DNA of 62,923 nucleotides, filler included, from Octopus bimaculoides (Eukaryota), in the NCBI RefSeq assembly GCF_001194135.2. It is 7 parts of 7 records of this genome, joined end to end, with 100 filler letters (N's around TTAATTAATTAA, not from the genome) between each part and the next. Parts side by side here need not be neighbours in the genome. Positions count along the whole stretch, not along the records: positions 1 to 15,238 come from NC_069001.1; 6 more parts are not named here. One strand, given 5' to 3'. The position numbers and the translations under genes are program-made. Positions 1 to 12,760 of this stretch are shown piece after piece. The stretch's first letter is position 1. Each line of letters begins with the position of its first letter. Below the pieces are notes generated by a model that saw only the letters and a list, made by a program, of their open reading frames with translations, was not told where the DNA came from and searched no databases.

Positions 1-222
1 GGTTGCTGAGTCTAACAGAGGGAAGTCAAGTGACCAAGACTTCTGGTGATTTACTATGCATGAGAAAACATGTCAAGTCAAGTGAGATCATGGTCATAAC
101 CGTTGCCAGTGACACATAAAAGGCACCTGTACCGGTGATGTATAAAAGGCACCCATGCCAGTGATGCAGAAAAACTTATATACAAATTACACCCAATACA
201 CTCTATAGGGTGGCTGGTGTGG

Positions 223-550
223 CCAGATTTAAATACAATGGACTACTACCATTTGAACATTGTTGAAAGGGAAACAAATTGACATCCTCACAATACCATA
301 GCTTCACTGAAGGCCACCACTGTCCAAGTAATGTCCAAAATGAATAAGGGCCATTTAGTGCAGGCAGGTCAATGATTCTGGTCCCACATTGAAGTAGTCA
401 TCATAGCTGAAGGAGGATTCACAGAATAATCTCATTAGAAAGTTTACCAAGATCATATGTACAAACTTTTATTGAAATATATTAGGCTTTTGCTAAATTA
501 CAACTGTTTTATTAAATCACAAAATATCTTCAAATACTCCTCACACCTTG
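223..550 (+). mobile_element. Tc1/mariner superfamily (maT/DD37D-like) transposase C-terminal remnant plus 3' end
   Basis: Manual translation of 223-429: PDLNTMDYYHLNIVERETN*HPHNTIASLKATTVQVMSKMNKGHLVQAGQ*FWSHIEVVIIAEGGFTE*. This resembles the SPDLNPLDY...AEGGFIE C-terminus; two internal stops. Confidence 0.8.
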
Positions 551-601
551 CCCCTGTGTGTGTATGTGTGTGTGTGTGTGTGTGAGTATACATATACATA
601 A

Positions 602-650
<49 letters not shown>

Positions 651-1139
651 NNNNNNNNNNNNNNNNNNNNNNNNNNNNNNNNNNNNNNNNNNNNNNNNNN
701 NNNNNNNNNNNNNNNNNNNNNNNNNNNNNNNNNNNNNNNNNNNNNNNNNNNNNNNNNNNNNNNNNNNNNNNNNNNNNNNNNNNNNNNNNNNNNNNNNNNN
801 NNNNNNNNNNNNNNNNNNNNNNNNNNNNNNNNNNNNNNNNNNNNNNNNNNNNNNNNNNNNNNNNNNNNNNNNNNNNNNNNNNNNNNNNNNNNNNNNNNNN
901 NNNNNNNNNNNNNNNNNNNNNNNNNNNNNNNNNNNNNNNNNNNNNNNNNNNNNNNNNNNNNNNNNNNNNNNNNNNNNNNNNNNNNNNNNNNNNNNNNNNN
1001 NNNNNNNNNNNNNNNNNNNNNNNNNNNNNNNNNNNNNNNNNNNNNNNNNNNNNNNNNNNNNNNNNNNNNNNNNNNNNNNNNNNNNNNNNNNNNNNNNNNN
1101 NNNNNNNNNNNNNNNNNNNNNNNNNNNNNNNNNNNNNNN

Positions 1140-1174
<35 letters not shown>

Positions 1175-1871
1175 GTGTATGAGTGTGTGTATGTGAATGT
1201 GTGTATGTATTTGTGTGTCTGTGTTTGTCCCTTACCATCACTTGACAACCAATGTTGGTGTGGTTACATACCTGTAAGTCTTTCTGAAAATTACTTAATA
1301 CAGTTTTTAAGTATAAAGAGGATGATTTTTTTTAAAATTATTTTTCTTAAAAGAAGTTATAAAATTTTTTATCAGGATGTTACTAAACATTTTGGAAGAA
1401 GTTTTTTTCCTAGTGTGCGCAAGCGCCTTCGATTAATCTTTTCAAACACACGTGCTCTTGGTTAATGTATGAACAGAATGGTTAATGTTTGAAGGGAATA
1501 AAATTAATTCGGAGAATGAAGCACTCAAGAAAAAAAATGAGATGAAATAGATATGGAACAATCTATTGAATCAAAGAAAACAGGCGTATTGGAAAGCAAT
1601 TAGAAGTGAAAATTTAAAAACATGCGCAGAATGGATAAATCGAGAACTGATGATTTTCCCACGAAAATTCTGTCCCAAGAATATCACATCAGAACCAAAT
1701 GAAGAAATGAAAATCAGAATAAATCCAAAGATTCAAAGCAGAGATTAATATTCTAGAGCTTTGCACACCTTGCTTTAAAGAGAAATTTGGGAAATGTGAC
1801 ACCTTAATGCAGGAAGAAATTTCCAAACACACCAATGGAAAATTACATGGAAAACTACTGGGCTTATGGAA

Positions 1872-2145
1872 AAAAGATATAGGGATACAAGAAGCCACAG
1901 CATGGGATAGCCAAAAGATATAGGGATACAAGAAGCCACAGCATGGGATAGCCAAAAGATATAGGGATACAAGAAGCCACAGCATGGGATAGCCAAAAGA
2001 TATAGGGATACAAGAAGCCACAGCATGGGATAGCCAAAAGATATAGGGATACAAGAAGCCACAGCATGGGATAGCCAAAAGATATAGGGATACAAGAAGC
2101 CACAGCATGGGATAGCCAAAAGATATAAGGATACAAGAAGTCACA
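1872..2145. repeat. 41-bp minisatellite, ~6.6 near-identical copies
   Basis: Unit AAAAGATATAGGGATACAAGAAGCCACAGCATGGGATAGCC; GATAT recurs at 1876, 1917, 1958, 1999, 2040, 2081 and 2122. Confidence 0.97.
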
Positions 2146-2283
2146 TCAAATAAAATACTTGAGTTGAAAACTCGATGGCTGCAAAACTGCAAACATAATT
2201 ACAGAACAGAATTGTTATGGGACATGTGAATTAATTGAGGAAGGGACAATGAAAAGATTGGGAAGGAATTAAAAGTGAATGCA

Positions 2284-2584
2284 AACATGAATTGCAAAAC
2301 AAAAAAACCTCATTTACTGCATCACATGTCCACAATGCAATGAAAATTACATTGGGGAGACAGGAAGGAAACTGACCAGTCATGTAAATGTACATAAACA
2401 ACAAATTAAGGATTCACCTCTTAGGAATGTCCCAAGCAGTGAACATCTACATATCTGTGCAAATGGAAAATTGAAAATATTCCCATCTTACAGAATAAAC
2501 AATGAAAATGTTCAACTACGAAAGGCAAAAGAAGAATTCATTATAAGAATTCTAAATCTGAAATTAGGATGGAAATGCAAGTGA
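2284..2584 (+). mobile_element. Penelope-like element, GIY-YIG endonuclease remnant
   Basis: NMNCKTK, then a +1 frameshift in an A-run, then NLIYCITCPQCNENYIGETGRKLTSHVNVHKQQIKDSPLRNVPSSEHLHICANGKLKIFP...KAKEEFII (2306-2584). Typical PLE LIY-CxxC-YIG-H-H layout. The decayed upstream region (~1300-1860) probably belongs to the same element. Confidence 0.88.
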
Positions 2585-2654
2585 GTATGACATTAGAAAA
2601 AGCAGAACCAGAGGGAGCGTTGATGGGACAGGAGTATCAGGAGAAAGTATGATA

Positions 2655-2978
2655 CTGGTACTCCATTGGTTACAATGACAAGGGTTCCAGTTGATCCAGT
2701 CAACAGAACAGCCAGCTCATGAAATTACTGTGCAAGAAGCTGAACACTCCATGCACACACACATGTACCATGCTGTACACTTAATATTGTTCTTAGGGAG
2801 ATTTTGTGAGACAAGACTGACCCTTTGACTTATTGGTAAAACTCATTTTTGACAGCTGAGTGGACTGGAACAATGTGAAATAAAGCATCTTGATCAAGGA
2901 CACAACGCACCACTGGGAATCAAACTCATGACATTACAGTCGTGAGCTAAATACCCTGACCACTAAGCCAGGCAGCTT
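2655..2978 (-). mobile_element. tRNA-derived SINE (long family, tail GAACCCTTGTCATC...GGAGTACCA)
   Basis: Reverse complement of the copy at 7128-7490; A/B-box-like head at the right end. Confidence 0.8.
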
Positions 2979-3362
2979 TACTGAAAGTATGATAGAAAAG
3001 GGATACCACACTTCAAGATGGGTGATGAGATAAAAGCAAGAATAGGTATTGAGTAGCAATAGAGATGTCCCTGAGGAAAGTGGCTGATGGCTGGTAGCAC
3101 AGAAGAACATTATTAATGTTTTCCAGTTTGTATTGTCAATTAGGTTTTTGATAAATGATATTAGGTGGCTTGACTTTATATTTATATATCACAACATTAA
3201 TTCTATTAGGCTTCTGTTAGGATTAATATTTCCCAGTGTTGAAATTTGTTGCATCCAGTTAGTTTACTATGGATAATTTAGTCTCTACTATTATTTTTTA
3301 AGTGAAATCCTTTAAAGGTCTTAATTAGATCTTTCTTGGAGTTATCAAATTCATGGCTGTCA

Positions 3363-3545
3363 AAGGTGGAGAGCTGGTAGAATCATTAGCACACCAGTTG
3401 AAATGTTTAGTGATATTTCATCTATCTTTACTTCTGAGTTCAAATTCTGCTGAGGTAGACTTTGCATTTTATCCTTTTTGGAGTCAATTAAATAAGTACT
3501 GGTTGAGTACTGGGGTTGATGTAATCAACTTAACCCTCTATTGAA
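3363..3545 (+). mobile_element. tRNA-derived SINE with Meta-like central domain
   Basis: Head AAGGTGGAGAGCTGGTAGAA...GAGTTCAAATTC, then GACTTTGCATTTTATCCTTTTGGAGTCAATTAAAATAAGTAC. Same family as the 49-50.6 kb array. Meta assignment is recalled, not searched. Confidence 0.8.
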
Positions 3546-3880
3546 ATCAGTATTTTGGAAGATGGCTTGACCATCGTCACTGTACAAGCCTAATTTGGAT
3601 TTTGTGTATATTTTGCTTATATGTTCCAGGAAGTATTGTAATACTTCTTCAGCTTGTTCTGCTCCACCGCAAAAACATGACATCAGAGACTTTGTTATTT
3701 TTCTTGTTTTACACAAGCTGAGTTATGGAATAGAAAGAATTTTTGTGTCTGCATTATGGTGTCCATTTCTTGATCATTAATTACCATAAACTTCTTGGCA
3801 AAGTCTGATATTTTTAGTAATAATCATTTTCTATTAGACAGATAAATGTCAATGATGTTGAATAATGTGAATTTATAAAA
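3545..3880 (-). mobile_element. Penelope-like reverse transcriptase remnant
   Basis: Minus strand: FNIIDIYLS...DFAKKFMVINDQEMDTIMQTQKFFLFHNS, then GGAEQAEEVLQYFLEHISKIYTKSKLGLYSDDGQAIFQN (cf. PLE DGAEVCELVG...GLYRDDGLA). Confidence 0.75.
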
Positions 3881-4215
3881 CTATTTTTTATGTTGTTGAA
3901 CCTGATTTATCGCACTGCGGAAACAAAGATACATTCCACTTCAAAAAAATAGTCTGAACTCCAAACAAAAAAAGTGACATACGAGGACAGCCATGCTTAT
4001 ATACACAAACACACCTGGAAATCTGCAAGGCAAAAAAGCATGCCCTCCAATGAGTTATACATACAAAATTCTGTATATACATGTATATATGTGTGTTTGT
4101 ATATATACACATAGAGACAACCCTCTAATACTCTTGTCATAATCAGTCAACTCAGCATACATACATTAACAAGCATATGGATTCCAGATGTTCATACACA
4201 AAAATACATACAGAA

Positions 4216-4286
<71 letters not shown>

Positions 4287-4636
4287 AAGAAACCCTTTCT
4301 TCTTTGAAATATACACAAGCACTTTCTGAGAGCCGCATCAAAATCACTCAGCCGTGAAACATTTGTTACAGTAGAATAATCATTAATTAAACTCACTAAT
4401 GAACTTCATTTTAAAATCCCCCTAATAACATTGGCAAACACAATACAATAAACACTAGCCAAAACAAACTGACAGCAAACCAAGACACGCAAATTAATAA
4501 ACGAATACAAGTACAAGAAGACTGTTACGTTATTCAATATAAATATACCACCAAAAGAGAGTTATGGTTTGCACTAGAAGAGTGCAATGGCTTGTAAGGA
4601 ACCCAAGTTCATAGATGAAAGCTGACTTTCAGTACT

Positions 4637-4683
<47 letters not shown>

Positions 4684-4984
4684 CACACACATACATATAC
4701 ATATATATACATACATATATTTATTTTTAATCTTATTCTTTATAGAATTAAGGATAAAATCACTTTAATGATTTTATCAAGTGGTCAATGGGAAATAAAA
4801 TCCTTGTGGGTAATATTATTTACTAAATTTATAATTATATACATAGTCATATTAAAGGGATCAGATTACCTACTGCAACATACTAGATATACATAGCAAA
4901 TGGCACTAAAAAACCACTTTACTACTCCTTCAAATTGAAGAAATGAAATGTGTAAACATAGTAAGATAGGCATATACATATATA

Positions 4985-5300
4985 TGTTTCAGTCATTTGA
5001 TTGCTGCCATACTGGAGCACTGCCTTGAAGGGTTTTAGTTGAACAAATCAACCTCTGGACTTATTTTTAAGCCTAGTACTTATTCTATTTGTTCTTTTGC
5101 TGAACTGCTAAGTTATGGGGATGTAAACACACAAGCATCAGTTGTCAAGTGATGGGGGGGGGGGGTACAAACACAAACTCACAAACATATACATACATAC
5201 GAGAGGCTTCATTCAGTTTCCATCTATCAAATCCACTCGTAAGGATTTCCTCAGCCTGAAGCTATAGTAGAAGACACTTGCCTAAGGAGGGACTGAACCC
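4985..5300 (-). mobile_element. tRNA-derived SINE with internal microsatellite (family S1)
   Basis: Reverse complement of the full copy at 44559-44972. A plus-strand 3' tail fragment follows at ~5303-5346. Confidence 0.8.
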
Positions 5301-5714
5301 ACGGTGCCCCAGCATGGCCGCAGTCAAATGACTGAAACAAGTAAAAGATGTTAAAATATGNNNNNNNNNNNNNNNNNNNNNNNNNNNNNNNNNNNNNNNN
5401 NNNNNNNNNNNNNNNNNNNNNNNNNNNNNNNNNNNNNNNNNNNNNNNNNNNNNNNNNNNNNNNNNNNNNNNNNNNNNNNNNNNNNNNNNNNNNNNNNNNN
5501 NNNNNNNNNNNNNNNNNNNNNNNNNNNNNNNNNNNNNNNNNNNNNNNNNNNNNNNNNNNNNNNNNNNNNNNNNNNNNNNNNNNNNNNNNNNNNNNNNNNN
5601 NNNNNNNNNNNNNNNNNNNNNNNNNNNNNNNNNNNNNNNNNNNNNNNNNNNNNNNNNNNNNNNNNNNNNNNNNNNNNNNNNNNNNNNNNNNNNNNNNNNN
5701 NNNNNNNNNNNNNN

Positions 5715-6605
5715 TATATAAAAAAAATAATATATGAAAAAATAAATATACCAATATATTATATTGTCTTTGAGCTTTTAAAGTTCAATGGTAATCCATG
5801 TAGATAATAGTTGGAAAAATTAGGATGCATGAAATTGAGAGTTGTGTTTTGTTTAGAAAGAAGGGGCTGAAAGTTTATGTGTTAAGCAGGAAGTGTGATG
5901 TCAAAACAGGAAGTGTGTGTAAGGGAGACAATTCTGTGGGTTTTATACTCTTTAGTTGGAGTTCTGGACTCTTTGTCAACAGGAAGTTTATGTCTGTTCT
6001 TAGAGAAATAAGAAGTAAATTTATATGTATTTCATTGGGTAGAAGAGTAGCAGTCCATAAAGAACAAATAAATCTTCCACAACACCGCCAAATTCAACTC
6101 AGTGGCCACTCTTGCGCCAGAAACAAAAACCCTAAATTCCTTATATTCCCTTTCTATCAATGTAAAGACAGAATCTCTACTCAAAAAGAATCAACAAGGA
6201 GAATCTTTTTATTGAGAAATTCCAAACACTTCTTAACATACAAACCCCTCGGTGACCATATTCCCTTCTCTCGCCTACCCAATGAAATACATATAAATTT
6301 ACTTCTTGTTTCTCTAAGAACAGGCATAAACTTCCTGTTGACAAAGAGTTCAGAACTCCAACTAAATAGTATAAAACCCACAGAATTGTCTTCCCTTACA
6401 CACACTTCCTGTTTTGACACCACACTTTCTGCTTAACACATAAACTCTCAGCCTTTTTTAAACACAACATGATTCTTAATTCCATGCATCCTAATCTTTC
6501 TAACAATTATCTACATGAATTACCATTGAAGTTTAAAAGCTCAAAGACAATATAATGTATTGGTATGTTTATTTTTTCATATATTATTTTTTTATATATT
6601 ATTTT
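5715..6605. repeat. Long inverted repeat (fold-back/MITE-like): ~330-bp arms, ~230-bp spacer
   Basis: 5715-6042 is the reverse complement of ~6275-6605 (ORFs 5825+ and 6181- share the peptide DNSVGFILFSWSS.LFVNRKFM). The left arm runs into an N-gap. Confidence 0.92.
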
Positions 6606-6739
6606 TTTTTTCTCCCTCTTGAAAATTTGCCATGCAATGAAAGCCGATTAGAAATCCTTTTTAATCCTCCTTATACACATCTATGTTAAAATATGCTTTC
6701 ATCTTAGCATTCTGCCTTATTATTATTTTTTATTTTCCT

Positions 6740-6771
<32 letters not shown>

Positions 6772-7127
6772 ATATATACACACACACACACACATGTATA
6801 TCAGCAGTGGAAGCTCCTCCTTGTTTCTGTCTTCATTTGTTGTTCCATGAGAAAACAATCAGTGAAAAGATGCTGGTGACATGGTTTGATTTGTATGGAT
6901 CCTGACTTGCTAAGAAGTGACCCACACACACTGTGCTCTCAAAGACATCTTCTGCAGCACATCATAGGAAATATGTCATGCAGGACCAGACAGCAGAACT
7001 ACCATAGACTGTTGTCTTCACAGGTGTTTCTTGAGTTGCGCATTTTCAGTCAGGCCATCTGACATTGTCCTCCTCAACCAATTCAGCCATCGTTATTACA
7101 GATTCTGTCCACTTTTTCTACCAGTGA

Positions 7128-7490
7128 AGGCTCATGGCTCAGTAGTTAGAGTATTGGGCTCACAATCACGAGGTAGTGACCTCAATTCCTGTGGCTTAGT
7201 GGTCAGGGCTTTCAGGTCATGAGTTTGATTTCCAACCGTGTATGGTATCCTTGAGCAAGACACTTTATTTTACATTGCTCCAGTCCCACTCTGCTGACAA
7301 AAATAAGTTGTACCCATATTTCAAAGGGCCAGCCATGTCACATTCAATGTCATGGTGAATCCCTCTGAGAACTACCTTAAGGGTATGCATGTCTGTGAAG
7401 GGCTCAGCCTCTTGTAAGTTAATTTCACAAGCAGACTGTTCTGTTGATTGGATAAACTGGAACCCTTGTCATCATAACCGATGGAGTGCC
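7128..7490 (+). mobile_element. tRNA-derived SINE (long family) with doubled head
   Basis: GGCTCATGGCTCAGTAGTTAGAG...TCAATTCCTG followed by a second TGGCTTAGTGGTCAGGG...TTGATTTCC head, body CCTTGAGCAAGACACTT and the family tail. Confidence 0.8.
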
Positions 7491-7494
7491 AATT

Positions 7495-7880
7495 ATATCA
7501 TCATCATCATCATCATCATTTAATGTCCGTTGTCCATGCTGGCATGACTTGAACAGTTGGCATGCTGGAAGGCTGTGCCAGGATCCAGTGATTTGGGATG
7601 GTTCTCTATGGCCGGATGCCCTTCCTAATGCTAAACACTCCAAGAGTGTAATGGGTGCTTTTACATGCCCCCAGCATGAGTGTCATTTGCGTGACACCGG
7701 TGTCTGCCGTGACTGTGATTTTGCTTGGCTTGATGGGTCTTCATCTCAAGCATGACATAAATGCCAAACATCTTGGTCATTGCCTCTGTGAGGCCTAACA
7801 CTTGAAATTAGCTTGGCCACTTTGCCTCCATGAGACCCAATGCTCGAAAGGAACTCAGACACCTCGCCTTCGTGATGCCC
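7495..7880 (-). mobile_element. RTE-type LINE 3' end with (GAT)n tail
   Basis: TCATCATCATTTAATGTCCG...GGATGCCCTTCCTAATGC. The same motif occurs at 18185-18350, 45310-45640 and 48790-49020. Confidence 0.7.
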
Positions 7881-8861
7881 ATTCAAAAATGTAAGTGTGT
7901 GTTTACTTACAGACATCCATATGTGTGTATGTGTTTGTGTAAAGGAAAATACTGAGTGGAGAAACACAATTCATATTTGTTTAAAACGTATTCTATTCTA
8001 TTCTTGTGTTTGTCTCTTAGTATAATGGCTTCAGTTTTTGTTCTAGCAATTAAGAATTTTCATTAGCTTTTTTACCTCATTGCCTAACAATTTTTATACA
8101 CTTGTAACATTTATTTCTCTCTTTTTATTATTAATAACACACTCTGTAGTTGAAAAAATAAATACTTGGTGTTGATAATCTTAAAATAAAAAAACAAAAA
8201 TTATGTTAATCGTCTCGAGAGATATTTTCTACCTAATGTTTGGGAAGTTTTTTTGAATTATATGAGTGCACGTGTGTGTGTTTGTGTATGTGTGTGTATG
8301 TGTGTGTGTGTGTATGTGTGCAAGTGCCTTTTTCTTTTTTTTCGTTTTTTTTACTGATATTTCTAATTGTGAGATAATAATGAATATAACTTGCCTGCAA
8401 AGATAAAAGTTTGTTTCACAACCTCAGCTTCAATGTTTGAACCCACTGTACAGGCAAGGCACCGTAGGTAAATGGATGTGCTGGGCCCTGTAGTATTTAT
8501 ATATTGACAGCAAGCCTCACTATACATAGATCAGAACTGGGCCCCTAGCCTAGTAAAGTCCCTGAGCAAGTTGCCCGGTGTGCCCTTGCCTTGAGAAAGA
8601 ATATTTTTCAGTCTTTTCATGTCAACCTTGGCCCCAAGAGAAAAAGTTGGCTGGCAAAAATTCTATAGAACCCCATCACACACACACACACACACACACA
8701 CACATCATAATCATCATCATCACCAACATTTAACATCTGTTTTCCATGTTGGGTTTGATTGCACTATGTAAGTCAGCATATACAAATCATCATTTAATGT
8801 CGATTTTACTGCTGGCATGGATTGGACCAAATATCATTGTCGTCGTCGTCGTCGTCATCGA

Positions 8862-8893
<32 letters not shown>

Positions 8894-9609
8894 GTTGTCT
8901 AGAGACAAAGCTCTAACATCATTCATTCTCAGCTTCCTGCTGTCCCTATCAAGACTTTAGTTTCAGAATCAGAGATTATGTCAGTATAAACTCTGCTTCC
9001 TCTCTGAGCATTTTTGGAAAGATCTTCATTCCTGCTCCTCTGTGCCACCAACTCTGTGCCTGTGTGGTTAAGAAGTTCACTTTCCAGCCAAGTGGCTCCC
9101 TATTTTAGTCCCCGTGAACAACACTTGAGCCCAACTGAAGCCTTGTAAGGCAATTTGGTAGATGAAACAGAAAGAAGCCCATTGTATATGCACGTATGTG
9201 TGTGTGTGTGTCCTTCATTCCTCACATGAGCCTTGAACTCCTAATGGGTTCACAGGGCTAGCTTCATGAATGACATGCCTTGTGCTGTTTAAACCTGGTT
9301 AAGCCTATCTTTCTCCAGGTGTGAACACAGCTGCCTTGTTTGACATGCAGAGAACAAGAGAAGAGAAGAGCGAGAGAAAGAGACAAGGAGGAGGGAGAAG
9401 GAGCCAGAAGAGGAGCAGGAAGTATTGTTTAGCCTAGGACTTCAGTCGAAAACACTTAGCCTAGATGCCACACAGTGAGACTGAACCAGAAACCATTTGA
9501 CTGCAAGGCAAACTTCTTAACCTCACAGCAACACATGCACCTAATTGTGTAGAGTATACCACCGTGATCGGGATCATGATCATCATCACTACTTACTCCT
9601 CCTCCTCCA

Positions 9610-9860
9610 CTATCACTTTCCCATGTTTTCAGAGATTGGATAAGCCTTCTTCTGCAAATAATCTCATCACCTGTTGCAGTTTCTTGTCATCTCCTTTGTG
9701 AGGTTCAACCTGCTGTGATTAGAATTCATCACATCTTCCTTTTCTTTCTTATTCTGTAATTTATTGACACTTGAATTGCTAGATAATTGTTTACCTCCAC
9801 TCAGTTGTCTCCCCCTATGCATCACATGTCCTTATCAGCTCACTCTTCTCTCACACAGAT
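9610..9860 (-). mobile_element. Decayed RTE LINE ORF C-terminal region
   Basis: Minus strand resembles the RLRWYGHVMR...DLRTL.LTE.MT RTE C-terminus at nucleotide level; heavily mutated. Confidence 0.5.
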
Positions 9861-10175
9861 TTAATTCTATGTTATTGAGATGAAAGGAATTGGAGAGCTT
9901 TTGGATCCTTATCAGAGTGAAATACTTGCTTCAGTTATTGGACTATGGCCATGCTGGAGTGCCATCATAAAGGGTTTAGTCGAGCAAATTGACCCTAGTG
10001 ATTATTTATTAAAGTCTGGTACTTAAGCCCAGGAGTGGCTGAGTTGCTTCCCAACCACATAGTTCCAGATTCAGTTGCACTGCACGACACACTGGGCATG
10101 TGTTTTCTACAATAGCCTTCAGCTGACCAAAGCCTTCTGAGTGGATTTGGTGAAAGGAAACTTAAAGAAACTCGT

Positions 10176-10228
<53 letters not shown>

Positions 10229-10369
10229 TTATGTGGGGGATAAGTATTAATATTGCCTCTGTTGCTAATATATATTTATTAAAACAATGATGATGGTTTA
10301 TGTGACAAGCTTCCATACAGTTTCCATCTATCAAATTCACTTGTGTTTTTCTTTGCATCTTTGAATACG

Positions 10370-11750
10370 CCACACGAATAGATTATTTGGACATGAATCT
10401 CCCAGAGTATCATAACCATGCCACAATCATATAATGACTTTGGCACATGTTTATACCATTTATTGTCAAAATTCATGTGGAAAATGTTTGCATATTTCCC
10501 AACGGACGTAGCTACCAACTTGGTCATGTCTGTGAATATATTGTGTAGTTGTGAGGCCTAGGAATATAAAAAAGAAATGTCCAGTGGTTTCTGATGCTGA
10601 TTGCATGGTTTGCAGGTGACATTAGTCTTTTATTTTATTATTTTAATTTCATAGACTTTTGTGGCTGTTCATTGATCTTGTGCAACTAAAATCAGACCTT
10701 CTTTTTCTGCTTTTACTTCAATATCTTTTAATCATTCTTCGTTTTCATCTTGGCTTACTTTCTTCCTCTTCAGATTTTAGTTTCCAATGTTTGTTTAGTT
10801 GTTGCTTTTTAGTTTTGATTAGATTTTATCTCGTGTATTTTATTTTATTTTTTTTTAATATTTTTTTAAATCGTTTCTATTGTTTTGTTCTTATCTAAAC
10901 TTTTCCCAAAGTCTAATTAGTTTCTATTTTGTATTTCCTTGATTTCTGATATAGAGATGCAAATTGTTTATTTTTTGAGTGTTTTCCATTTTGTTGATAT
11001 TGACATTTTTTTTCGTTTTTGTTTTCCTTTCTTTTACTAATCATTCCATCATTGCTTGGTTCTAAATATTTTTCTAGACCAATTCTCATTACTTTGTGAA
11101 AGTTTTCTATTTGCATGAAACCTTCTTTCCATGTGCACAAGATAGATATATCCTATCAATATCATCTTTCAGATGATGAGTTTGCAATGCAGTGGTTAAT
11201 TTTCTTGTCTAGACTCTGCAGTTTACTTAAATTCTAATATATAAATAACACTGAAGTTGTAGTTTACGACTAGGTGGACTAGTTTATATCTATCTATTAT
11301 ATACACCATATAGACGCATACATATATGTGTATGTGTGTGCACATACATGCATTTATAAATATTTGTGTATGTGAATATAAATATACATATGTGCGTGTG
11401 TGTGGTATTAATAATCTTATTTCTGGCACTGAATTTAGTTTTTAATTTTGTTCCAATACGTCTGTTGCAATTTTCCCTTTCCTTTCTGTATGTCCTGTCA
11501 ATTTCATCTACTCCTAAGTACTAGTATAAATCATTATCTTCTAATTGTCTCATTTCAATGTCTAAATCAAATTTAATGTTTTCAATTTTAATTAATTCGC
11601 CTCTTTATAGAGTAGCTTTGACATATTTGTCTAATAGTAAGCTTATACTGACATCACAACTAAATTCAGCTAAAATTTTTAATATTGCTAAATGGCAGCT
11701 AACAAACTTAATGTCATGAGTCAAAATAAATTCTAATCTCTTCACATTAT
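10370..11750 (-). mobile_element. R4/Dong-type (RLE) non-LTR retrotransposon, decayed RT to RLE region
   Basis: Colinear minus-strand peptides: LDKYVKATL*RGELIKIENIKFDLDIEMRQLEDNDLY*YLGVDE (post-YMDD RT); TRKLTTALQTHHLKDDIDRIYL; MQIENFHKVMRIGLEKYLE; CKPCNQHQ (zinc knuckle); QYIHRHDQVGSYVRWEICKHF (RHD); KWYKHVPKS...ILWEIHVQ. Interrupted by a microsatellite at ~11290-11405. Confidence 0.8.
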
Positions 11751-11977
11751 CTATGCTATAATAAAGAAAGCCACTTATTAATTAGTTCAGTGTATGTAAC
11801 TTTTACTGAAAGAAAGCATTTATTGAAGTCTACACTATCAAGAAAATTCTTAAAAATTCTAATTTTAATATAGTTTTTATCAAAATGTGGTTTTAAAATT
11901 TATTTTATCACTGAAAATTTCAACTACACAATAAAATTTATTTCACTGAGGGATAACATTTTCTAACATGGCAAAAT

Positions 11978-11979
<2 letters not shown>

Positions 11980-12056
<77 letters not shown>
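11980..12056. repeat. (CT)n microsatellite
   Basis: Pure CT run. Confidence 0.98.
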
Positions 12057-12058
<2 letters not shown>

Positions 12059-12589
12059 TCCTATAAATCTGTTAGATACTTTTGATAGTTAATTCCTTTG
12101 CTGAGGTCACAGCACATGTTATCACTGTTCATATGATAAACAGTGGGGAAAAATACAATTTCCCATCACTGTAGTTGCCTCTTTACATAGATTGTTAATA
12201 CTAAAATGCACACACACAAATATATGTCAACAGAAAAGTTATGAAGTGCAAATTATAAATTACACAGTCACATTTGTTCAAACATGCAGTAAGTTATTCA
12301 ATGTGACTTTTTCACCTGTACATACTAAGTGACTAAATGTACATTCTAGTTCACTGTCATACCAAGTTATGAAATCCGATATGGATGTATAAAACAAACT
12401 GGATTTTACATGGTTAAGGTAAGTCAACATAATTGATTTCATACATTCAAACACTGTTTTTGAGTGCTTGATATTATTCTACTTTTATTTACTGAGCAAA
12501 TGTGTACTATCAGATGAATAAAGTATACAAAGAGAAATTAGAATTAACATATCAGAAAAATTACTCAGATTAGGAATCAAAAGTGTAAA

Positions 12590-12760
12590 TATCATTTAGC
12601 ATCTTTACGTCCTGAGTTCAAATTACAATGAAATCGACTTTGCCTTTCATCCTTTTAGGGTCTGTAAAATAAGTACCAGTTGGACACTTGGGGTTAATGT
12701 AATCAAATTATCTCCACCCCGAAATTGCCGGCCTTGTGCCAAAATTGGAACCCAATATTT
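12590..12760 (+). mobile_element. Meta-like SINE, 5'-truncated
   Basis: CTGAGTTCAAATT...GACTTTGCCTTTCATCCTTTTAGGG...AATAAGTACCAG...GGCCTTGTGCCAAAA. Confidence 0.8.

Noticed and set aside
498-1248. Long ORFs spanning N-gaps (also 25161, 36307, 45695, 47333, 50922, 57344, etc.)
   Set aside because: Open only because of Ns and flanking TA/CA/AAT repeats.
5825-6436. 203-aa ORF
   Set aside because: Runs through both arms of the inverted repeat, non-ATG start, no recognisable domain.
7128-7200. tRNA genes at SINE heads (also 13528, 30640, 52551)
   Set aside because: A/B-box-like motifs are present but there is no closed cloverleaf or acceptor stem, and each continues into a SINE body.
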